From: a virus
Taxonomy: Duplodnaviria; Caudoviricetes
Direction: 5' to 3' (one strand)
Length of the DNA stretch: 29,580 nucleotides
Virus record (IMG/VR): IMGVR_UViG_3300027764_000024
Coordinates: 1 to 29,580 of that record
Shown here: in pieces, positions 5,504 through 11,893 of the stretch
How positions within the stretch are numbered: the first letter of the stretch is position 1
Layout of the letters: each line of letters starts with the position of its first letter
Made by a program: the position numbers and the translations under genes
Notes under the pieces: generated by a model
What the model saw: the letters and a program-made list of their open reading frames with translations, nothing else
What the model was told of the DNA's origin: nothing
Databases searched by the model: none

Positions 5504-5527
5504 AGCCGCCTAGAGCGGCTATTTTTT
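5504..5527 (+). terminator. Rho-independent terminator-like hairpin
   Basis: AGCCGC-CTAGA-GCGGCT-ATTTTTT directly before ATG 5528. Confidence 0.65.
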
Positions 5528-6067
5528 ATGAGTAATATCTTTCTATGCAGCGACCATCACTTTGGGCACGCTAATATCTTAACCTTTACTGATGCTGACG
5601 GTAAAAGGGTTCGTAATTTTGATTCAGTTGAAGAGATGGACGAAAGAATGGTTGAAAACCATAACCTCGTCGTATCTCCCAAAGATAAAGTTTACTTCCT
5701 TGGTGACGTAGCCTTTACCAAAACAAACCTAGCAGTAGTTAGTAGACTAAATGGTGAAAAAGTACTTATTAAAGGCAACCACGATCAGGAAAAACTTACA
5801 GAGTATGAAAAGTACTTTAAGGACGTTCGCGGATCACATCAGTTTAGTGGACTCCTATTTACTCATATCCCTGTCCATGTGGATAGCCTTGGCCGTTGGA
5901 TTGCTAACGTACATGGTCATCTACATACTAACCAAGTAATGCTAAATGGCAGCCCAGACCCCAGATATCTTAGTGTATGTATGGAACGAATTGCATATAT
6001 ACCTATTAGCCTAGAAGAAGCTAAAAAGAAGATAAAATATAGACTTGAAATGTCTACTGATTTTTGA
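5528..6067 (+). CDS. Calcineurin-like metallophosphoesterase
   Basis: SDHHFGH, LGDV, GNHD, TH.P and HGHLH motifs. Confidence 0.92.
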   Translation: MSNIFLCSDHHFGHANILTFTDADGKRVRNFDSVEEMDERMVENHNLVVSPKDKVYFLGDVAFTKTNLAVVSRLNGEKVLIKGNHDQEKLTEYEKYFKDVRGSHQFSGLLFTHIPVHVDSLGRWIANVHGHLHTNQVMLNGSPDPRYLSVCMERIAYIPISLEEAKKKIKYRLEMSTDF

Positions 6068-6073
6068 TATAAT
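6045..6073 (+). promoter_or_regulatory. sigma70-type promoter
   Basis: TTGAAA-17 nt-TATAAT. Confidence 0.8.
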
Positions 6074-6099
6074 TATTACTTAGAAAACGAAATTACAAT

Positions 6100-6582
6100 A
6101 TGAAAACACAAACAACCGATGCTTGGCCTTTCCCAAAGATTATGCCAGGCGCACAGCCTATTGCTAACGATGATGCTGACTTCGAAGAAGTAGAACTAGA
6201 CTTCCCAGAATTGAATAACTTTACTACTGCATTCCTTGTTTCAGGACTTAACAGCGCTATGAAGAATTACCGGTTCGAACTAATGGAATCTGCTAAAGAG
6301 CAGGACATTGGTATCGTTCATATCTTTAATGACGGCGAAAAGGGCGGACTTACTGTTGCCTATAAAGTAGCATCTAAGTACGGCACTGGTCGTATGGTAC
6401 AAGTTGCAGTAGCTACTTGTAGCGTTGAAGATCATTTCAATAAAAAAGTTGGTACAGTTGTAGCTCTTGAGAAGTTTTTCGATGGTGAGACCATTGAACT
6501 TCCTATTCTTAAAAGCTATATGCTAGATAATCTTAGCTATGCCGTTAAAACCTCTTTTACTGCTTTCTATAGCGTAATCTAA
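6100..6582 (+). CDS. Phage hypothetical protein (GG.T.A...CS..D.F.KK.G motif)
   Basis: 160-aa ORF behind a promoter. Confidence 0.8.
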   Translation: MKTQTTDAWPFPKIMPGAQPIANDDADFEEVELDFPELNNFTTAFLVSGLNSAMKNYRFELMESAKEQDIGIVHIFNDGEKGGLTVAYKVASKYGTGRMVQVAVATCSVEDHFNKKVGTVVALEKFFDGETIELPILKSYMLDNLSYAVKTSFTAFYSVI

Positions 6583-6587
6583 TAACT

Positions 6588-6674
6588 GCGAGAGTGGCGA
6601 AATGGTATACGCAAGAGACTTAAAATCTCTCGTCTGTAATGGGCATACGGGTTCGAGTCCCGTCTCTCGTACCA
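6588..6674 (+). tRNA. tRNA-Leu(TAA)
   Basis: GCGAGAG/CTCTCGT-A-CCA, anticodon arm AGAGA-CTTAAAA-TCTCT, long variable arm. Confidence 0.95.
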
Positions 6675-6678
6675 AATA

Positions 6679-6753
6679 GGGCTGATAGCTTAATGGTAAA
6701 GCAGTCGACTCATAATCGGTTGAGTCTTGGTTCAATTCCAAGTCGGCCCACCA
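6679..6753 (+). tRNA. tRNA(CAT), probably Ile2 (lysidine type)
   Basis: GGGCTGA/TCGGCCC-A-CCA. GA-CTCATAA-TC anticodon arm as in proteobacterial Ile2. Confidence 0.88.
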
Positions 6754-6756
6754 AAA

Positions 6757-7058
6757 TTGTTGTAATTCCTTCAAAATGAAGGCTTGTTGGACGCGGGTTC
6801 GAATCCCGCCAGCTCCACCATAAGCATACCACCCGACTGTAGAATTCAGTAAGTACTTAGGGATGATCCACGGTAGTATGTTTTTGATGGGGCTGCACTG
6901 GTTTTCGACAGCGAGACATAGTAGAGACGGCAACACGATAGGCGATGATCGTTAATCAAGCAAACAAAGTAAACGCAAACGACACACAGTTCGCATTAGC
7001 CGCCTAAACGCCGCTTAGGGTTTTGATAGGTTTTCCTCGTAACAGAATAAACCTATCC
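6757..7058 (+). ncRNA. ssrA: Circularly permuted (two-piece) tmRNA
   Basis: Acceptor piece ends GAC-GCGGG-TTCGAAT-CCCGC-CAGCTCC-ACCA at 6820. Coding piece starts GGGGCTG at 6889 (G3:U70). Tag frame 6975-7007 = ANDTQFALAA-stop. Outer ends approximate. Confidence 0.93.
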
Positions 7059-7088
7059 CTATTTCCTCAACTATAGAATGTATTACTA

Positions 7089-7370
7089 ATGAAATTTCTC
7101 GTCTGCCCAACCGGCCCATCCCAACTTAAATACCAAGATACCGAGGGATGCTTTCAGAGCAACTCAGGTACATTCTTTGATTATCAAGTAGAATTCATTG
7201 AAGACGAAATGATTACCATTACTGATAATATCGGCCGTACTATTCCAATTGACATCTTTGATGTTGCTGGTATGGCTGCAATGCTTACTCGTATCGCCGA
7301 GTATACAGAATGTAAAGCAGCCTACCAAGAAGACTTGATGGCTGAACTGTGCTATGGCGCAGAAGTCTAA
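7089..7370 (+). CDS. Acidic hypothetical protein
   Basis: 93-aa ORF, first of an overlapping run. Confidence 0.75.
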   Translation: MKFLVCPTGPSQLKYQDTEGCFQSNSGTFFDYQVEFIEDEMITITDNIGRTIPIDIFDVAGMAAMLTRIAEYTECKAAYQEDLMAELCYGAEV

Positions 7371-7614
7371 CCCAATACCAGAATTACTAGACCTAATATC
7401 TCCGGAAGGTTCGATATTAGGTCTTTTGGCCGCTGATGAAATGCGAGCTATAATACTTAGACATACATCTAAAATAGTCAATAATAGCTATATCATACTA
7501 TTATTGGCGCATTTACAGGATGCAGGATTGATATCAGTTGATGAATTATCCTGGCCGCATACAGCTGGTAACATAATTATAATAAAAAGGAAAGAAAATG
7601 GCACGTGCATCTAA
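7354..7614 (+). CDS. Hypothetical protein
   Basis: 86-aa ORF overlapping both neighbours by 17 nt. Confidence 0.6.
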   Translation: MAQKSNPIPELLDLISPEGSILGLLAADEMRAIILRHTSKIVNNSYIILLLAHLQDAGLISVDELSWPHTAGNIIIIKRKENGTCI

Positions 7615-7990
7615 AAGTAAATCAGCAGAGAAACAGTCTACTGTATACAAAGCCGGACGTAAATGGGAAAAGAATCGTAAGCTGAAACTTGAGCGAGCAT
7701 TAAAAGCCCAGCCTAACAATGAGCAAATTAAAAATGCTCTAAAGCAGATGGTGTATCGGCGCAAGACTCCAGTTACTCGTCCTTGGAGTGCTAGCTGGAT
7801 TCGTGCTGCTAAGATAATTAAAGAGTTCACCGGGCGCTTTGATCCCGCTATTATGAGTTCTAATGCAGATGTTGCCCGAGCGGCACTACAAAAACCCGGC
7901 CCAGTTGCTTTAACGTATAAAATTAAGCCTGCTGCTGATAAAGACTTCTTCTCGATTCTCGCCAGAGTTAATATGAGAACTGGAGCATGA
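7598..7990 (+). CDS. Basic hypothetical protein
   Basis: AAGGA upstream, Lys/Arg-rich 130 aa. Confidence 0.82.
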   Translation: MARASKSKSAEKQSTVYKAGRKWEKNRKLKLERALKAQPNNEQIKNALKQMVYRRKTPVTRPWSASWIRAAKIIKEFTGRFDPAIMSSNADVARAALQKPGPVALTYKIKPAADKDFFSILARVNMRTGA

Positions 7991-8238
7991 GTTTAGTCTA
8001 TATATACTTTATCCTTGCTATTACTACTGGTATGACTGCCGTATACGAAATTCTAACGCCTGTTATGCAGCGTAGAATCTCTGAAGGCTTTCATATTGAA
8101 AATAAGTTTATAATGTATCTTATTTTCTTTGTGCTAACAGTTATACTAGCCCCTGCTGTATTTCTTAGTTGCGTCATCCCTAGTATGGGTGATAAGTTTA
8201 AAAGTTCGTTGTACGACGGGCTTTTTGATAAAGATTAA
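7987..8238 (+). CDS. Small two-helix membrane protein
   Basis: ATGA overlap, two hydrophobic segments. Confidence 0.78.
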   Translation: MSLVYIYFILAITTGMTAVYEILTPVMQRRISEGFHIENKFIMYLIFFVLTVILAPAVFLSCVIPSMGDKFKSSLYDGLFDKD

Positions 8239-8249
8239 AAAATTTGCAG

Positions 8250-8278
8250 TTGAAGTACGCTGCTTTATCTTGTATAAT
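8250..8278 (+). promoter_or_regulatory. sigma70-type promoter
   Basis: TTGAAG-17 nt-TATAAT. Confidence 0.75.
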
Positions 8279-8331
8279 AAACACTTGTTCAGCGAATCTT
8301 TAGAACAATCGGGACAGTAAGAAATTCTGTC

Positions 8332-8360
8332 TTGACCCTAAACCAATATTATTGTATAAT
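8332..8360 (+). promoter_or_regulatory. sigma70-type promoter (leaderless transcript likely)
   Basis: TTGACC-17 nt-TATAAT, ATG 6 nt downstream. Confidence 0.85.
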
Positions 8361-8366
8361 TAAGCC

Positions 8367-8639
8367 ATGAACATTATTACTTTTAAATACACTAAAGCAG
8401 ACAACTCTACATCAAATCGAGTACTAGCTGTCATGCTCAAGCCTACTACCATGTATGAGGGCATTGATCTTTCTGAGCTTAGCGAAGAAGAACAAGGCGC
8501 TGCTGGTGAAGCTTGTAGCAATGCGTACAATGACTATCTAATCGCTCTTGGGGCAGTTGAAGAACAATACGATCTCAAGTATCGCTATCGTCGATTCAAT
8601 CCTAAATGCATGGACAATGTTGTTTCCGACACGCTATGA
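8367..8639 (+). CDS. Hypothetical protein (F.YTK......R N-terminus)
   Basis: 90-aa ORF directly behind a promoter. Confidence 0.8.
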   Translation: MNIITFKYTKADNSTSNRVLAVMLKPTTMYEGIDLSELSEEEQGAAGEACSNAYNDYLIALGAVEEQYDLKYRYRRFNPKCMDNVVSDTL

Positions 8640-8643
8640 TCTC

Positions 8644-8676
8644 GTAGTCTAAGGCAAGCGACTATAAATGCTTCCA
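8644..8676 (+). ncRNA. Small H-type pseudoknot candidate ending in CCA
   Basis: GTAGTC/GACTAT stem. Loop AGGCA can pair with downstream TGCTT, which is followed by CCA. Confidence 0.4.
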
Positions 8677-8679
8677 TCC

Positions 8680-8755
8680 GCCCCCTTAGCTCATCCGGTA
8701 GAGCAACTGTTTTGTAAGCAGTAGGTGGTCTGTTCGAGTCGGACAGGGGGCACCA
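8680..8755 (+). tRNA. tRNA-Thr(TGT)
   Basis: GCCCCCT/AGGGGGC-A-CCA, anticodon arm ACTGT-TTTGTAA-GCAGT. Confidence 0.94.
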
Positions 8756-8881
8756 TATACAAGCATTCTGAGTAGCTACACTGGATAACTGATAATCTTG
8801 CTAAGTGTCGACCACAGCAAGAACCAGCCAGGAAGATAGGGCAACTCAAGGGTTCAAGTCCCACAGAATGTTTCTATATGG
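8753..8881 (+). ncRNA. Unassigned long hairpin RNA with a T-arm mimic
   Basis: CCATATA.AAGCATTCTG/CAGAATGTTT.TATATGG, nested CTGG/CCAG, CTG/CAG and TCTTGCT/AGCAAGA, plus GGG-TTCAAGT-CCC. Confidence 0.7.
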
Positions 8882-8885
8882 TATT

Positions 8886-8992
8886 ATATCTTAGCATACT
8901 TTTCGCCACTTAATTCATATATGTGGAGTAGTACTAGTCACACCTTCCACGGGTAATCAGGAGCACCTGACATGGGAAGTATGCTAAGATAT
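8886..8992 (+). ncRNA. Unassigned RNA closed by a 16-bp perfect helix
   Basis: ATATCTTAGCATACTT/AAGTATGCTAAGATAT with inner TCAGG-AGCA-CCTGA. Ends directly before tRNA-Glu. Confidence 0.7.
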
Positions 8993-9067
8993 GACGCTAT
9001 CATCTATCGGTTAGGATAACTGGTTTTCATCCAGTAAAGCGCGGTTCGATTCCGCGTAGCGTTACCA
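8993..9067 (+). tRNA. tRNA-Glu(TTC)
   Basis: GACGCTA/TAGCGTT-A-CCA, anticodon arm ACTGG-TTTTCAT-CCAGT. Confidence 0.93.
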
Positions 9068-9076
9068 ATTATTCAC

Positions 9077-9105
9077 TTGAATCTCATCCAATTATCTTGT
9101 ATAAT
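9077..9105 (+). promoter_or_regulatory. sigma70-type promoter
   Basis: TTGAAT-17 nt-TATAAT. Confidence 0.8.
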
Positions 9106-9134
9106 TAATCTTTAAACACAACTAGGAATCACAA

Positions 9135-9491
9135 ATGGCATGGACTGACGAAGACAAACAAAACGCAATTGACACTTACACTGGTGGCAATCCAACCCCA
9201 GAGAACTCAACGGAGTTGATTAAGCAAATTGCTGAAGAAATGTCCCAAAGTGCTAATGGCGTGCGTATGGTGCTTGTGCAAGCAGGCGTATACGTTAAGA
9301 AAGAAGCATCGGCTTCCCCAAGCAAGACTAAGACTGCTACAGGTGGAGATAAAGCTCCCCGCGTCTCTAAAGAGTCACAGATTGCTGATCTTCGTACCCT
9401 TATCGAAAATAAAGGTGCTGAGATTGATGAAGACGTTCTCTCTAAGTTGACGGGTAAAGCCGCAGCTTACTTTGCCAAAGTATTGGCATAA
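9135..9491 (+). CDS. D3: T5 D3-like protein
   Basis: IAEE....NGVRM.L..AGVY.KK and KLTGKAA motifs as recalled for T5 D3, AGGA RBS. Confidence 0.78.
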   Translation: MAWTDEDKQNAIDTYTGGNPTPENSTELIKQIAEEMSQSANGVRMVLVQAGVYVKKEASASPSKTKTATGGDKAPRVSKESQIADLRTLIENKGAEIDEDVLSKLTGKAAAYFAKVLA

Positions 9492-9493
9492 TT

Positions 9494-9516
9494 AAAGCAG
9501 CTTCGGCTGCTTTTTT
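9494..9516 (+). terminator. Rho-independent terminator
   Basis: AAAGCAGC-TTCG-GCTGCTTTTTT. Confidence 0.9.
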
Positions 9517-9527
9517 CATTTTAAACT

Positions 9528-9806
9528 ATGTTTATTATATACTCAAAACCCAACTGCGTTTACTGTGTTCGTTCAAAAACACTGATTACTAGCACGGGGC
9601 ATGACTACGTAGAAATTGAGCTAGACCAGGGTCAAGTTAAAAACACAGACTGCAATTACGTATCAGTAGCTGAATTTAAAGCTATGCTTCCAGAAGCTAG
9701 AACTATGCCTCAAATCTTCCATAGATTTACAGGTAAGACTGCCTCACCTTGCAAGCAGTATATAGGTGGATATGAAGACCTTAAGCTGTACCTTGCTAAA
9801 CTCTAA
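9528..9806 (+). CDS. Glutaredoxin
   Basis: IYSKPNCVYC, TMPQIF and YIGGY.DL motifs. Confidence 0.92.
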   Translation: MFIIYSKPNCVYCVRSKTLITSTGHDYVEIELDQGQVKNTDCNYVSVAEFKAMLPEARTMPQIFHRFTGKTASPCKQYIGGYEDLKLYLAKL

Positions 9807-9807
9807 C

Positions 9808-9836
9808 TTGACCCTAAGCCTTAGTTATTGTATAAT
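9808..9836 (+). promoter_or_regulatory. sigma70-type promoter
   Basis: TTGACC-17 nt-TATAAT. Confidence 0.85.
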
Positions 9837-9858
9837 TATCACTTAAACGGAGAAAACA

Positions 9859-10467
9859 ATGGCAACACGCGCAAATAAAGAAAATGACTTGCTGACTCCA
9901 GCTAATCTCGATCGCGTGATTGCTGGGTTCGAAGCTACACCTAAGATGACTAAGAAGGATGCCTGTGCTATCATAGGTATCGCATATAATACAACTCGTC
10001 TTGATAACCTTATTAGTGCTTATCAAGAGAAGAACGCACGCGATGCAAGTCGACGCGCTGCCCTTCGTGGCAAGCCCGCTACTCAGGACGAGATCGTTTA
10101 TGTTATTCAGGAATATCTAGAAGGAAGTGTAATAGATGCCATTAGCAAAGCAACTTACCGAGGCTCAGCTTTTATCAAGGCTATTCTTGAGAAGTACGAT
10201 GTGCCAGTTCGGAAAACTTCCCACGACTACTTTAGTCCGGGACTCATCCCTGATGGAGCAATGCGTGATCGGTTTACTGTTGGGGAAGTCGTCTACTCAG
10301 CGAGATATGATTCTACAGCACGTATCGACGCAGAACAAGCTCACCCTAAGCTAGGCTGGATTTATCGAATCTATCTATTAGGCGAGAAGTGGCAGCAAAG
10401 TGCTTATCAGGAAGCTTATGAGCTTGCCTCATTAGAGCATCTTCGTACAATTGGTGTACGTATTTAA
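9859..10467 (+). CDS. D2: T5 D2-like protein (probable DNA-binding)
   Basis: TKK.AC..LG-type helix, EYL.G, YR....K..LE.Y, IPD.AM and YELASL.HL...GV as recalled for T5 D2, GGAG RBS. Confidence 0.78.
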   Translation: MATRANKENDLLTPANLDRVIAGFEATPKMTKKDACAIIGIAYNTTRLDNLISAYQEKNARDASRRAALRGKPATQDEIVYVIQEYLEGSVIDAISKATYRGSAFIKAILEKYDVPVRKTSHDYFSPGLIPDGAMRDRFTVGEVVYSARYDSTARIDAEQAHPKLGWIYRIYLLGEKWQQSAYQEAYELASLEHLRTIGVRI

Positions 10468-10832
10468 TGATAACCTGGCCTAGTATTAGTTTTGGGCCTC
10501 TTAACCTATGGGTAATGCCTAAAATGACACAAGAACCACAATCAGATGACCTTTACGAAAAGTTAATCTATGATAACCAAGACAAATTCTATCAGCTACG
10601 TCTAGTAGTTAATGAATTCCGTGGCAAGCAGTACATACATATTCGCAAGTACTTCATGACATATGAGGGCGACTACCAGGCTAGTCGCGAAGGTATCTCT
10701 ATGGAAGCTTCGATGAATAATATCTTTAGCCTACTTGACGGGCTAATGGAGATTTGTTCAAAAGAAGAGTCCGTTGAAACTATCAATAAGTACTTTAGCG
10801 ATAAACTTTTGCACTTGCAACAGCCTGCTTAA
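10467..10832 (+). CDS. PC4/p15-like ssDNA-binding protein
   Basis: RL.V.EFRGK.Y.HIRKY........REGISM, upstream of the ligase as in T5. Alternative start 10524. Confidence 0.85.
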   Translation: MITWPSISFGPLNLWVMPKMTQEPQSDDLYEKLIYDNQDKFYQLRLVVNEFRGKQYIHIRKYFMTYEGDYQASREGISMEASMNNIFSLLDGLMEICSKEESVETINKYFSDKLLHLQQPA

Positions 10833-10843
10833 TTTGATATAAT
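10815..10843 (+). promoter_or_regulatory. sigma70-type promoter (leaderless transcript likely)
   Basis: TTGCAA-17 nt-TATAAT, ATG 7 nt downstream. Confidence 0.75.
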
Positions 10844-10850
10844 ATAGGTT

Positions 10851-11810
10851 ATGAATATGATTAAACAATATCTTGATACAGCAGCCGCAGCGTACTATGC
10901 TGGAAATCCAATAATCTCTGATGAGGCGTTTGATCGTCTTGCAGATACTTCTGGGTATTCTAAAGTGGGCGCTAGGCAGCATGAAAATGTTAAGCCACAT
11001 TATCATCAGATGTTTTCTCTACAGAAGTATTATGAGGACGAAGGTGTCTCTCCACTAGCAGGCAATAAGCTAGATGTCGTTACTACTCCTAAACTTGACG
11101 GTGCAGCCGTTAGTTTGTTGTATGTTGATGGTGTCTTAGTTCAAGCCTTAACTCGCGGAGATGGTATCGAAGGTACTGATATTACTAATAAGTTCATTGC
11201 TCGTAAAGATTTAGCTCCTATTAATATTGATAACTGTCTCGGGGTCTTTCAAGTTATAGGCGAAGTAGTGGCTCCCAAGGATGTCCCTAATAGTCGTAAC
11301 TATGCAGCAGGTTCTCTCAATCTCAAGGATGTAGAGGACTTCAAGACCCGTGCCATTAGCTTTTATGCTTATGGCATCTTTCCTAGTCAAAGGCCAACTT
11401 TTGACGAAGATATGCGTGAGTTATCGGGAATGGGCTTTGATACAGTATTCGCTAATGATCTTCATAATATTTATCCTTGTGATGGCCTTGTTTTTCGTAT
11501 CAACAATAATGATGCGTTTAATGCAATGGGCTTTACCTCTAAGCATCCACGGGGTGCTTATGCTAAAAAGGATCGGCAAGAATCTGTAGAAACTACTATT
11601 CTTGCTGTTGAGTGGGGTGTTGGAAAGTCTGGTAAAGTAACTCCAGTAGCTATCCTAGCCCCTGTAATGATCGGAGATAAGTTAGTAAGTCGTGCCACTC
11701 TTAATAATCAAGACTTTATCGAGGCTCTAGGTATCTGTATCGGTGATACAGTTGCGGTTGCCTTAGCAGGAATGATTATTCCACAAGTGCTACATAAAGT
11801 AGATGCCTAA
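10851..11810 (+). CDS. ligA: NAD+-dependent DNA ligase, subunit A (adenylation + OB domains)
   Basis: YY.G.PIISD..FD, KLDG, TRGDG..G.DIT, RN.AAG, DGLV and G.VTPVA motifs. Confidence 0.95.
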   Translation: MNMIKQYLDTAAAAYYAGNPIISDEAFDRLADTSGYSKVGARQHENVKPHYHQMFSLQKYYEDEGVSPLAGNKLDVVTTPKLDGAAVSLLYVDGVLVQALTRGDGIEGTDITNKFIARKDLAPINIDNCLGVFQVIGEVVAPKDVPNSRNYAAGSLNLKDVEDFKTRAISFYAYGIFPSQRPTFDEDMRELSGMGFDTVFANDLHNIYPCDGLVFRINNNDAFNAMGFTSKHPRGAYAKKDRQESVETTILAVEWGVGKSGKVTPVAILAPVMIGDKLVSRATLNNQDFIEALGICIGDTVAVALAGMIIPQVLHKVDA

Positions 11811-11842
11811 TATTTTGTACCCCTGGGACAGAAAAAATAGGC

Positions 11843-11871
11843 TTGCAAAGCAGTCCATTTTGGATTATAAT
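11843..11871 (+). promoter_or_regulatory. sigma70-type promoter
   Basis: TTGCAA-17 nt-TATAAT. Confidence 0.75.
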
Positions 11872-11893
11872 AGATACTTAAACTGATAAAACT

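Noticed and set aside
6588-6674. Possible suppressor tRNA or recoded genetic code
   Set aside because: Loop CTTAAAA reads anticodon TAA (Leu). No CTA, TTA or TCA anticodon was found, and core genes are intact under the standard code with all three stops used.
6523-6936. Minus-strand 137-aa ORF
   Set aside because: Antisense shadow of tRNA-Leu, tRNA-Ile2 and tmRNA.
8940-8975. HDV-like P3/L3 (ACC-TTCCACG-GGT)
   Set aside because: No convincing P1 or P2 partners could be assigned.
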